Shown here: piece after piece, positions 1 to 8,954 of the stretch | Position numbering within the stretch: position 1 is the first letter of the stretch | Layout of the letters: each line of letters begins with the position of its first letter | From: an uncultured Methanoregulaceae archaeon | GTDB taxonomy: Archaea; Halobacteriota; Methanomicrobia; Methanomicrobiales; Methanospirillaceae | Reading direction: 5' to 3' | NCBI GenBank assembly: GCA_963841015.1 | Contig: CAWJAX010000005.1 | Span: 224,001-288,000 of the forward strand | DNA: 64,000 bases | Position numbers and translations under genes: made by a program | The notes under the pieces: generated by a model | The model's input: only the letters and a program-made list of their open reading frames with translations | What the model was told of the DNA's origin: nothing | Databases searched by the model: none

Positions 1-137
1 GCGCCCAGCTTGCCGGTGCAAAAAACCTTGGTGTCACCAAAGCAGAGGTTGAAGAGGCGCTTCGCGTTACTTTCCTCCTGTCAGGAATGCCCGCTTACGT
101 GTATGGAAAAGCACAGCTTGATGAGGTCATGCCGTAA
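1..137 (+). CDS. Carboxymuconolactone decarboxylase (CMD/AhpD-like) family protein, 3' end only
   Basis: Manual translation from base 3: AQLAGAKNLGVTKAEVEEALRVTFLLSGMPAYVYGKAQLDEVMP*, a typical CMD C-terminal pattern (A..lG.t.eEi.Eal......G.P). Confidence 0.75.
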   Translation, partial: AQLAGAKNLGVTKAEVEEALRVTFLLSGMPAYVYGKAQLDEVMP

Positions 138-246
138 GACAAGTCGGCTGTGAAAGACTTAAGAAAATTTGATACTTTAAACCTTTTTCTCCTGATATTG
201 ATCAAAAACCAACCTTTTTTAGCGTTGCCACCACAAGAAAACTGCT

Positions 247-862
247 ATGCCGATCAAAATTCTTGCCTTTGCCGGAAGTCCAAGAAGGTATGGTAATTCC
301 GAAACACTGCTTGACTGGGTGCTTGGCAGCATGATGGCTGACCCGGACATTGTCATAGATAAAGTCCCTCTTGATGAGGCAGATATCAATCCCTGCCGGG
401 GATGCAATGCCTGTGAAAAGACTCAATAAATGTATACAGCGTGATGGGATGGACATCTACCATGACAAGATCATCGCCGCAGATATCATTCTGCTTTCCT
501 CACCTATTTACTGTATGGGGATAGCCTCACAGCCAAAAGCATTGATTGATCGTGCTCAGGTCTTCCGGTCACGGAAATATGTGCTCAGGCTCCCGGTTGT
601 CCCTCCGGAACGCAAAGGAAAACGGCTCGGCGTATTTCTTGCAACGGCCGGGCAGACCTGGAACCATGTATTTGATGCAGCAGTTCCTTCTGTCAAGTGT
701 TTTTTTCACGTGATTGACATTAAAGATGCTGACATCTCCTACCTGATGATCAACGGGGTGGATGAAAAAGGGGCGATAGATCTGCATCCAACCGCACGTG
801 CAGATGCAGAGAACCTTGGAAAATCGCTGATTGTTGATATTAAAAAGCGCCTTTCGAGATGA
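247..862 (+). CDS. Iron-sulfur flavoprotein / multimeric flavodoxin (WrbA-like), frameshifted near 418
   Basis: GSPRRYGNS and CRGCNAC in ORF 247-429 continue as NKCIQRD..SSPIY in ORF 371-862. Removing one A in GAAAAG restores the frame. Confidence 0.85.
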
Positions 863-868
863 GGTTTT

Positions 869-1480
869 ATGGAGATTAAAGTTCTTGGCATATCGGGAAG
901 TCCGCACCGGCATGGAAATACAGAAATTCTGCTTGACAGTTTTCTTGAGGGAGCCCATGCACAAGGGGCTGCCGTTGAAAAGGTTATACTCAAAACGCTG
1001 CAGTATTCCCCCTGCCGTGGATGCAATGCCTGCCACAAAACCGGTGAATGTATTGTACATGATGATGCGGTTATCCTGTACGAAAAAATACTGGCTTCAG
1101 ACTGCCTGGCAGTGGCCTCACCGATCTATACGATGGGGATTACCGCTGAGCTCAAAGGATTTATTGACCGGCAGCAATACCTTTGGGCTCGCAAGTTTAT
1201 TTTAAAAACTCTTTATTTTACTGATGACCATATCAAACGTCACAAGGGAATTTTTATCTCGACAGCAGGGCTTGGGTGGGAGAATGTTTTTGACGGGGCA
1301 TTTCCCGTGATTACCGCTCTATTCAACACAACAGGGTTTGAGTACTACGATAACGTGATTGCGAATAATATGGACGCTTATGGAGGCATAAACAAACATC
1401 CCACAGCGCTCAAAGATGCATTTGAGCAAGGGCAGAAGGTAATAATTGTGCTGGAAAAACTGAAGGCCCAAATCCCTTGA
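869..1480 (+). CDS. Iron-sulfur flavoprotein / flavodoxin family protein
   Basis: GSPHRHGNT, CRGCNACHKTGEC (CX2CX2CX5C) and ASPIY motifs; tandem paralog of the preceding gene. Confidence 0.9.
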   Translation: MEIKVLGISGSPHRHGNTEILLDSFLEGAHAQGAAVEKVILKTLQYSPCRGCNACHKTGECIVHDDAVILYEKILASDCLAVASPIYTMGITAELKGFIDRQQYLWARKFILKTLYFTDDHIKRHKGIFISTAGLGWENVFDGAFPVITALFNTTGFEYYDNVIANNMDAYGGINKHPTALKDAFEQGQKVIIVLEKLKAQIP

Positions 1481-1537
1481 AAAAAATCCTGGTATTGAAT
1501 GCAATTTTTCAATTTTTCTCTTTTGAAAAAAAAAAGA

Positions 1538-2206
1538 TTACAGTAAATTTGAGAATGTGTTTGGAGAAAATGAAGCCAGAAGTGCCCCAAATGCCACAAT
1601 TATTGTTACAACGAAAACCGCTTTGTTCCACGCCCACACTTTTCTTCCATCCAGTATACTAACAGGTAACATATTAAATGCGGCAATTATTGCGTTAATT
1701 TGTATTCCGGCAAGACCAAGTTTTGCTAGCAGACTGCCTGTAACTGCGGCAGAAAATCCTCCACCAATTAAAAAGATTACAACAAACGGGATGCACAACA
1801 GGAGGTTAATAAGTGGTCCTGCAATCGAGATTTTCCCATTCTGCTCTCTGCTGATTCCCCGGCCAGTGGTATCATAGATCACCGTTGCGCCAGGTGCTGC
1901 AAAAATCATTCCAACCAATGCTGCGAGTGCTGCCATTATTAATAGCATATTGTTATCCTTTCGGAATTCTGCCCAAAATCCAAATTTTATTGCAGTAAAT
2001 TTGTGAGCCATCTCATGTAATATAAATGCAACACCGACAGTTACAAGTGATATTCCCAAAGTCTCGAGCGCCCCAAAGGGTGTGACAGGAATGGCCGGAC
2101 CTAATATTCCGTTAGGAACAATCTGCACTATCAAAAATGCGAGAGAGATTGCGATCCAGGCTATGAACAGATCAAATTCTTCACGTCGGGATATGCGTTC
2201 GAGCAT
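1538..2206 (-). CDS. Site-2 protease family (M50) membrane Zn-metalloprotease
   Basis: HEMAH zinc motif, AGP, NMLPVSILDG motif, several TM segments. Confidence 0.9.
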   Translation of the reverse strand: MLERISRREEFDLFIAWIAISLAFLIVQIVPNGILGPAIPVTPFGALETLGISLVTVGVAFILHEMAHKFTAIKFGFWAEFRKDNNMLLIMAALAALVGMIFAAPGATVIYDTTGRGISREQNGKISIAGPLINLLLCIPFVVIFLIGGGFSAAVTGSLLAKLGLAGIQINAIIAAFNMLPVSILDGRKVWAWNKAVFVVTIIVAFGALLASFSPNTFSNLL

Positions 2207-2305
2207 ACAAACACCTGATTAAATAGGGCGTTCCTCTGTTATCTGTTTTGGTGTTGAGCCTGCAAAGGATTATGTTTATTTTGAATTATCGGATATATAC
2301 ATCAT

Positions 2306-2590
2306 ATGTCCCTGGAGAAGGTACGAGCTGATATCACCAAAGGTGACCGGGAGATTATCCGTCTTATTGCACAACGGCAGGACTATGCCAGAAAAATTGC
2401 CAAGATCAAGATTCATGCGGGAATGCCTGTCCATGATGAACACCGGACCGCAGAGGTGCTTGAATTGGTCTTTGATCTGGCGGTCGAATATAAAATTGAT
2501 CCCGTGGCAGTTCAGAAAATTTTTGAAATTCTCATCACCATGAGTGAAGACCGGCAGCGGGACTTTTCCGGAGAGGGTAATCTTCCCTGA
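2306..2590 (+). CDS. Chorismate mutase (AroQ type)
   Basis: LEKVRADI...DREIIRLIAQRQ..A.KIAKIK...PVHDEHR pattern; 94 aa. Confidence 0.85.
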   Translation: MSLEKVRADITKGDREIIRLIAQRQDYARKIAKIKIHAGMPVHDEHRTAEVLELVFDLAVEYKIDPVAVQKIFEILITMSEDRQRDFSGEGNLP

Positions 2591-2650
2591 TTGTGCTTTT
2601 AAAATACTGGTTTCGGTCATGGGTCAGTGCGCCACTGAAGATCCAGAGGG

Positions 2651-2671
2651 ATCCGGAATTTTTTTCCGGAT
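2651..2671. terminator. Hairpin between convergent genes (probable terminator)
   Basis: Perfect 8-bp inverted repeat ATCCGGAA-TTTTT-TTCCGGAT next to T-tracts. Confidence 0.5.
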
Positions 2672-2703
2672 TTTCTGTAACATTGCAAAAAACAGGGAAT
2701 TGT

Positions 2704-3795
2704 TTATCCCAACTGTCCAAGAAGGATAACTGCCCCGAGTAATACCAGTGCCACTCCTATAGCCATTCTGAGCACCCGCTTGTACTCTGCCCTCATGCTG
2801 TCGGCCCGTTCCGTGGAAATACCGTATGCAAAGAGAATGGTGATCAGGAGGAGAGGAAGTATATAGACAACGTTATACAGTACAAGCCATGGCAACCCGG
2901 ACATTACGGTCATCTCCTTTCCCATCAGACTGAGTATACCGATATAGATCCCCCCGGTACAGGCAAAACCGAGGATTCCGGCCAAGATCCCTAATACAAA
3001 TGCTGCGGGGAGCGATGCGATTCGGATATAGTTCCCGAGTAGTCCTTTTTTCGAGTCTGGTATTGACAGGATAAAGGTCTCCTTGTTCCGGAGCACATCG
3101 GTGATCGTTATAAGCCCCAGAAGAAGGGCCAGTGCTCCCCCGATTAAAGCGAAAATCCGTGAGAATCCGGAGAGAGAGAACACTGAGAACAGCCCGATTC
3201 CTACGAGAAGATGAAACAGGAACATCGCCGCGATATATGCACAACCAACAAGCAGGATGCGCTTCCTGCTCCCGGCAGCAGCTATCGGGATCAAGAGGAA
3301 GATCAGTACGGACAGACCGCAGGGATTGGCACTGTCAACTATGGCTGCGAAGATGACCAGCGGCAGGCTGAGTTGCAATGGTTCCTGCGGACAGGTGGGA
3401 TCTTTATCTGGTGTCCCTGGTTGGGCGGTGCCGTTACAGGACGCGAGACGCTGTTTCTCGATAAGGATCTGAGATTCAAACCGGTCTGTAATCTCAGTAT
3501 CGCCGACCAAGCTGCTGTTCCCGATAAAGACTACGGGAATTCCCGGATTGGTAACTCCGTACTTCCGGCTCATTTCCAACAATTTTTTCCCGTTGTCGGG
3601 ATTGTTATAGACCTCAAGCCGGATAAGGTTGAGTTCAGGATAACGGGTTTGAAGATCGGCGAGGAGAGGTTTTACCTTTTCACAATGACTGCAACCGTCA
3701 CCGTAAAAATAAAATGCACTGATAGTCGAATTTAATGATGAAACATTTCCTGATGGGGGGGATGTCTTTTTTAATTCCGTTTCATTAATTATTGC
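2704..3795 (-). CDS. Thioredoxin-like domain plus CcdA/DsbD-type transmembrane electron transporter; no in-frame start before the Trx domain
   Basis: The frame of ORF 2704-3582 stays open upstream and encodes AFYFYGDGCSHCEKVKP (CxxC). The TM part has DSANPCG and FACTGGIY cysteine motifs typical of CcdA-like proteins. Confidence 0.8.
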   Translation of the reverse strand, partial: AIINETELKKTSPPSGNVSSLNSTISAFYFYGDGCSHCEKVKPLLADLQTRYPELNLIRLEVYNNPDNGKKLLEMSRKYGVTNPGIPVVFIGNSSLVGDTEITDRFESQILIEKQRLASCNGTAQPGTPDKDPTCPQEPLQLSLPLVIFAAIVDSANPCGLSVLIFLLIPIAAAGSRKRILLVGCAYIAAMFLFHLLVGIGLFSVFSLSGFSRIFALIGGALALLLGLITITDVLRNKETFILSIPDSKKGLLGNYIRIASLPAAFVLGILAGILGFACTGGIYIGILSLMGKEMTVMSGLPWLVLYNVVYILPLLLITILFAYGISTERADSMRAEYKRVLRMAIGVALVLLGAVILLGQLG

Positions 3796-4214
3796 TTTTT
3801 TTTTATTTGTTCGAGAATGACACCTTCGAGTTGTTCAGGAATAGCACGATCCCCTACAAGGGGTGTGTTATTACCGACAACAATGACCTCAGGAACACCG
3901 GCACTTTGAATTCCCAGTTTCTTGTGCAGTGATAGCGAGAGTGCCTGGTTGGTCTCGTTGTGCCAGGTTTCGAGGATTCTGAAATCTACGTCCGGATATT
4001 TTTTTGATAAATTCTGGATAAACGGTATTACATTATGACAATGCGGGCATTCTTCCCCGTAAAAGAAATAAACAGTAACATTTCCCTCAACTGAAGTGTC
4101 CTTTGCAGCTGAAGGGGTTTGAACTGATTGCTGGGGTATGACCAAAAAAAATACCGCGCAGGCGACCAGTATCGCAATGAACACCCCTGCAACGATCTTC
4201 AGCGTATTGTCCAT
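3789..4214 (-). CDS. Membrane-anchored thioredoxin/glutaredoxin-like protein
   Basis: N-terminal hydrophobic anchor, YFFYGEECPHC, GVP cis-Pro motif; ends in an A9 run (IKKKQ*). Confidence 0.85.
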   Translation of the reverse strand: MDNTLKIVAGVFIAILVACAVFFLVIPQQSVQTPSAAKDTSVEGNVTVYFFYGEECPHCHNVIPFIQNLSKKYPDVDFRILETWHNETNQALSLSLHKKLGIQSAGVPEVIVVGNNTPLVGDRAIPEQLEGVILEQIKKKQ

Positions 4215-4283
4215 TTCTTATCCTCTGTAGGAATCTGGTTTAATGCTTTAATAAAATGCCGGTCTGTACTGTGAGGAAAACGA

Positions 4284-5159
4284 TTATTTTAAGGAAATCA
4301 TCGTCCCCACACCGTCACGGGTGAAGAGTTCGAGAATGAGGTTGTGCTCAATATTGCCATTAATAATATGGGCATAACTGACACCATTTTCCACTGCTTT
4401 AATTAACGAGCCCACCTTTGGGATCATGCCTTCGCCAATTGCTCCTGTTTTCTGCATAGAGTTCGCTTCATCAATAGTAAGTTTACGATACACCTTTGAA
4501 CGTTTTGCATCCATCACACCATCAACATCTGTCATATTGACCAGCTTGTACGCTTTGAGGGCGATTGCGATATCCCCGGCTGCAGTGTCAGCGTTGATGT
4601 TTAAACTGCTCCCAAACCTGTCGATTGCAATAGGGGCAACCACCGGAATGTAGCTTTTGTCAAGAAGGGTGTTCAGGAGGGCTGGATCTATCCATTCTAT
4701 CTCCCCCACGTGCCCAAGATCGACTTCTTTTTGTACCCCCCCGACATCCACCCGCTGGAGATCCATTTTCCGGGCAATGATCATATTCCCGTCACTCCCC
4801 GACAAACCCACGCCCCGGGCACCGCATTTTGCGATCAGTGAAACAATCCCATTGTTGATCTTCCCGACAAGAACCATCTGAGCGATCTCGAGGGTTTCCT
4901 GGTCGGTTACCCTGAGTCCCCCGACAAATACAGATTCTTTGCCCATCGCTTTCATTTTCTCTGAAATTTCCGGTCCACCACCATGCACGAGTACTACGCT
5001 GATTCCAACGTAATGCAGGAGAACTACATCCCGGATGGCATTTTCCAGCACAACCGGATCCACCATTGCATGACCGCCCAGCTTGATTACGATAGTCTTA
5101 CCATGGAACTGCTGGATGTACGGCAGTGCCTCCATAAGAACATCCTCCCGCTTCATCAT
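4284..5159 (-). CDS. argB: Acetylglutamate kinase
   Basis: [32 protein letters not shown]; ATGA overlap with the argJ stop. Confidence 0.95.
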   Translation of the reverse strand: MMKREDVLMEALPYIQQFHGKTIVIKLGGHAMVDPVVLENAIRDVVLLHYVGISVVLVHGGGPEISEKMKAMGKESVFVGGLRVTDQETLEIAQMVLVGKINNGIVSLIAKCGARGVGLSGSDGNMIIARKMDLQRVDVGGVQKEVDLGHVGEIEWIDPALLNTLLDKSYIPVVAPIAIDRFGSSLNINADTAAGDIAIALKAYKLVNMTDVDGVMDAKRSKVYRKLTIDEANSMQKTGAIGEGMIPKVGSLIKAVENGVSYAHIINGNIEHNLILELFTRDGVGTMISLK

Positions 5160-6313
5160 GTTGTATACCTCCCGTTTATCTCGACGTAGCGTTCGGTCAG
5201 ATCGCAACCCCATGCGGTTGCTTCTTCTTTTCCGGCTGCCAGGTCAAGAATAAAGATGACTTTTTTAGCGTGCATCGCCTCTTTAGCCTTTTTCAGATCT
5301 GCGATAATCTCTCCGGATCTGACCAGAGGATACCGATTAGTACCATCGCTTATCCAGAGTGATATTGCATTCGGATCAAAATCAACACCCGCACGTCCTG
5401 CTGCCGCAACCACTCTTCCCCAGTTTGGATCTTCCCCATACACAGCAGTCTTTACCAGAGGAGACTCGATAATGGTGCGGGCAACTTTTGCGGCTGCTTC
5501 TTCTTTTTTTGCTCCCTTTACCGTCACCTCCAGTAATTTTGTAGCTCCTTCACCATCTGCTGCGATCTGTTGTGCAAGCAAACGACAGCACTCCTCCAGA
5601 GCCCCTGAAAACTCAGCAGGATTTACCCTTCCTGATTCCCCGGTTGCAGTGCAAAGCGCTATGTCATTCGTGCTCATGTCCCCATCAACGACGACGCGAT
5701 TGAATGTGCGTCTCGTAGCCAGTGTAAGGGCTTGCTTCAGGGATTTTGCACCGATATCTGCATCGGTATAGATAAATGCGAGCATTGTCCCCATATTCGG
5801 TGCTATCATCCCGCTTCCCTTGGTAATTCCCCCAATGGTGAACGTTTCTTTTTGTACGAGAGCATGTTTGGGAAACGTGTCGGTTGTCAAAATAGCCTGG
5901 GCTGCAAGTTTCTCGGCTTCCCGGGTACATTCGATCTTTCGTGCTATTTCCTCACACTGGTGTTGTATGAGGGGGAGATCGAGATACCGTCCTATGACGC
6001 CAGTACTGGCAACACCAACAAGATCCGGTTTGACACCCAGTGCAGAACCGGCAAACCTGGTCATCGCAACAGCATCTGAATATCCTCTTTTTCCAGTGTA
6101 GGCATTGGCACAACCGCTGTTTGCGATTACTGCTTCCAGAGTCCCTTTTTTTATCTGTTTGCGCATAAGTTCAATGGGAGCTGCTTTGACAAGATTTTCC
6201 GTAAATACCCCCGCTGCTGTTCCGCTTGCCTGTATAAGTGTCAACCCGAACTTTCCTTCTTTCATCCCGGATGCTTTTACACCCTTTACTGCGCAGATGC
6301 TTTGAAAGGTCAT
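5156..6313 (-). CDS. argJ: Bifunctional ornithine acetyltransferase / N-acetylglutamate synthase
   Basis: [27 protein letters not shown] autoprocessing motif, DGEGATK, DPNWGR. Confidence 0.95.
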   Translation of the reverse strand: MTFQSICAVKGVKASGMKEGKFGLTLIQASGTAAGVFTENLVKAAPIELMRKQIKKGTLEAVIANSGCANAYTGKRGYSDAVAMTRFAGSALGVKPDLVGVASTGVIGRYLDLPLIQHQCEEIARKIECTREAEKLAAQAILTTDTFPKHALVQKETFTIGGITKGSGMIAPNMGTMLAFIYTDADIGAKSLKQALTLATRRTFNRVVVDGDMSTNDIALCTATGESGRVNPAEFSGALEECCRLLAQQIAADGEGATKLLEVTVKGAKKEEAAAKVARTIIESPLVKTAVYGEDPNWGRVVAAAGRAGVDFDPNAISLWISDGTNRYPLVRSGEIIADLKKAKEAMHAKKVIFILDLAAGKEEATAWGCDLTERYVEINGRYTT

Positions 6314-6817
6314 TTAACTATCAGCTCCCTCGTTGTCAGAATAGGAAGACCCCACTGCATTGATAATATCTGCCCTTGCCAGAATTCCTACCAGTTTTTT
6401 CCCTCTCACTACGGGCAAGCGAACGATTCCTTCTTTGAGCATCAGTGCCGCAGCTGCCTCGATATCCATTTCTTCTGTTGCGGTGATTACGCGACGCGTC
6501 ATTACCTTTTTTGCCGGCATGTCTCCGATGTTGCGAAGTGCATGTTTTGTTTTCTCCCAGTTGATGTACTCGCGGATGGGGATCTCGATAACCTCAAAGG
6601 GAGATGGAAGCCAAAGGTCATCGGAGATCCTTTCAGATTCAAGGAGCGAGATCAGATCAGATTCTGTGAGCATACCAACAAGTTCCGAACCTTCCATGAC
6701 CGGAAGCCCACCGATATGGTGCTTCCGCATTAAACCTACTGCGTCGCGGAGGGATGTTTCCGCAGTGCATACAACCGGGTCTTTTGTCATCGCATCTTTT
6801 ACCAACATAGTATTCAC
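6314..6817 (-). CDS. CBS domain pair protein
   Basis: Two CBS repeats (VKDAMT...IGGLPV...LVGMLTESD; VMT...RLPVV...LVGILARADI). Confidence 0.9.
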   Translation of the reverse strand: MNTMLVKDAMTKDPVVCTAETSLRDAVGLMRKHHIGGLPVMEGSELVGMLTESDLISLLESERISDDLWLPSPFEVIEIPIREYINWEKTKHALRNIGDMPAKKVMTRRVITATEEMDIEAAAALMLKEGIVRLPVVRGKKLVGILARADIINAVGSSYSDNEGADS

Positions 6818-7804
6818 CTACGGTAACATTCCTGCCCCAATCAGTCCATCCTGTTCTTTCAGGCTGCACATAAGGTTCATATTCTGAATCGCCTGGCCAC
6901 TTGCACCTTTCACGAGATTGTCTATGGCAGATATTGCCACAATCCGTAATCCTTCACTTTCGACCATGACATCACAGAAATTGCTTCCGCGGACCGCCGC
7001 AAGGGAGGGCTTCTGATACCGCACAAAGTATTCACCTTTGTAGAAGTCGCGGTATAGTTTCTCGACTTCTTTTTGCTCAAGAGGTTCATTGAGCAGGATG
7101 TGGGCCGTTGTCAGGATCCCCCGATTAACCGGCACAAGATGGGGGGTGAAATAGCATTTCGCTTTTGACCCGAGCCAGGCAAGCTCCTGTTTCATCTCAG
7201 CAAGATGGCGGTGGGTTGTCCATTTGTAGGGTCCGATATTGTCACCTACATTCGGATAGTGCGTGGTTGCGGAGGGATTGTCCCCGGCACCACTCACCCC
7301 GGTTTTCGAGTCGAAGATTACCGTGTGAGCATATTTTGCCAGGGGGGCTGCCGCAAGAGTTGCCCCGGTTGGAAAACACCCGGGGTTTGCAACGAACTTT
7401 GCATTGATACAGTCCTTCCGGTGAAGCTCAGGGATACCATAGGGAGCCGGGAAATAATCCGAGTGGATGACACCGTACACCTTCTCAAAGATCTCTTTTG
7501 GTAAACGGTAGTCGGCACTGAGATCCACTACTTTTATTCCCCTCGATAACAGCCTGCCAGCATAGGTCATTGCAGCTGTGTGAGGAACTGCAAGAAATGC
7601 AACGTCCGCATCAATGGCATCAATATCCGGGTTTTCAAATTTGAGATCGGTAAATCCTTTGAGGTGGGGATGAACCTGATCAAGGGGTGTTCCCGCAAGT
7701 TTGCGGGAAGTAGCACAGGTAACCTTTGCGGTGGAGTGGTGAACGAGGAGGCGTATCAGCTCACCACCGGCATAACCGGAAGCCCCGATAATCGCAATTT
7801 TCAT
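6818..7804 (-). CDS. argC: N-acetyl-gamma-glutamyl-phosphate reductase
   Basis: [37 protein letters not shown]. Confidence 0.95.
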   Translation of the reverse strand: MKIAIIGASGYAGGELIRLLVHHSTAKVTCATSRKLAGTPLDQVHPHLKGFTDLKFENPDIDAIDADVAFLAVPHTAAMTYAGRLLSRGIKVVDLSADYRLPKEIFEKVYGVIHSDYFPAPYGIPELHRKDCINAKFVANPGCFPTGATLAAAPLAKYAHTVIFDSKTGVSGAGDNPSATTHYPNVGDNIGPYKWTTHRHLAEMKQELAWLGSKAKCYFTPHLVPVNRGILTTAHILLNEPLEQKEVEKLYRDFYKGEYFVRYQKPSLAAVRGSNFCDVMVESEGLRIVAISAIDNLVKGASGQAIQNMNLMCSLKEQDGLIGAGMLP

Positions 7805-7892
7805 AACAGAGTATCCGATTGTAAAAATTTAATGCTTGTTAGGTACGCTGGTTTAGATCTTAAAAAAAATACATGAAATCCGAGAAATGACT

Positions 7893-8810
7893 TTACATTT
7901 GCTCCAGTTTATGCAAATAGAGGGTGTGTAACCGTTGCCCTAGGAGTTCTATCCGCTGCCGGTCTTCAAGCCCGTCCAATAAATCCGCAGGAAGTGCATC
8001 GATACCTTTTGCAGCACCAAGGTATGCACCACAGATAAGCCCGATGGTATCGGTATTTCCACCCGTATTGGCTGCTACTGTAAGGAGATCGGATGGTTTG
8101 GAATACCTGCTTATCAGGAAGATCGCAATAGGGAGGGTCTGGAAAACGGACACATCATTCCCAATTTTAAGTAATGCTGTTTCTGTGTCCATTCCTTCTT
8201 TTTCCAGCACAAGCGCATTTCTTATTTTTCCCCCAAGCACCTCATCTTCAACCTGGGCTTTATCCAAAGCTCTTTTAAGGGGATCAGGTGTATCGTGAAG
8301 CGTATGATACAGGAGCGTTACAAAAGTTGAAACTGCCGCATGTACTGCCGGATGAGTATGGGTAACATTGCACGCACGCACTGCTCGTTCACAACCCTCA
8401 TTCATGGCAGGAAACGTCAGCCCGAATGGGATTGCCACCGGAAGGCATCCGGAGGTAGTGGATTTCACTCCTTTCTGGGGTAAATTCTCTTTTACCGGGT
8501 GTTCGCATACCGAAGAGATCGATCCATCAGGAAAGCGGAATTTGCCACGATCATAGAGTTCACGGAGTGCAGTGAAATATCGTTCCTCATTGTATTTTCC
8601 ATCAGCGAGGAGTGTCGCGACAAGAATCATCAGCTGGGTGTCATCGGTATATTGTCCGGGATTTAATCCCTCGTTTGGATGGTTTTTGTACGGGCGACGG
8701 TACCCGTATTTCATTTTTTTGAGATTTGGGGATGTGCTTTCGTTGGGCATGCCGAGTGCATCACCGATTGCAGCACCAAGCAGGCATCCTTTGAATTTTT
8801 TAAGCATCAA
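7893..8810 (-). CDS. ADP-ribosylglycohydrolase (DraG-like) family protein
   Basis: GAAIGDALG, YTDDTQ, THTH, GGNTDTIG motifs. Confidence 0.9.
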   Translation of the reverse strand: MMLKKFKGCLLGAAIGDALGMPNESTSPNLKKMKYGYRRPYKNHPNEGLNPGQYTDDTQLMILVATLLADGKYNEERYFTALRELYDRGKFRFPDGSISSVCEHPVKENLPQKGVKSTTSGCLPVAIPFGLTFPAMNEGCERAVRACNVTHTHPAVHAAVSTFVTLLYHTLHDTPDPLKRALDKAQVEDEVLGGKIRNALVLEKEGMDTETALLKIGNDVSVFQTLPIAIFLISRYSKPSDLLTVAANTGGNTDTIGLICGAYLGAAKGIDALPADLLDGLEDRQRIELLGQRLHTLYLHKLEQM

Positions 8811-8906
8811 CCCTATATTAAAAAACCCTGATAGATAATTCTTCTTATACCAAAGCTAATTTGTGGATTTGTTCTTTTTCTTATGGATATTGGTTCTCAA
8901 TCAGAA

Positions 8907-8940
8907 TTTTTAAATACGTTATTAACATGATTAATAATGT
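8907..8940 (+). promoter_or_regulatory. TATA box plus palindromic operator candidate upstream of acs
   Basis: TTTTAAATA followed by ACGTTATTAA-CATGA-TTAATAATGT (9/10 inverted repeat); SD-like AGGTGG before ATG 8955. Confidence 0.55.
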
Positions 8941-8954
8941 TAAATAGGTGGGAA

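Noticed and set aside
3771-3785. ATG at 3785 as the start of the Trx-CcdA gene
   Set aside because: Out of frame and stops after four codons (MKRN*); the product would also lack an export signal
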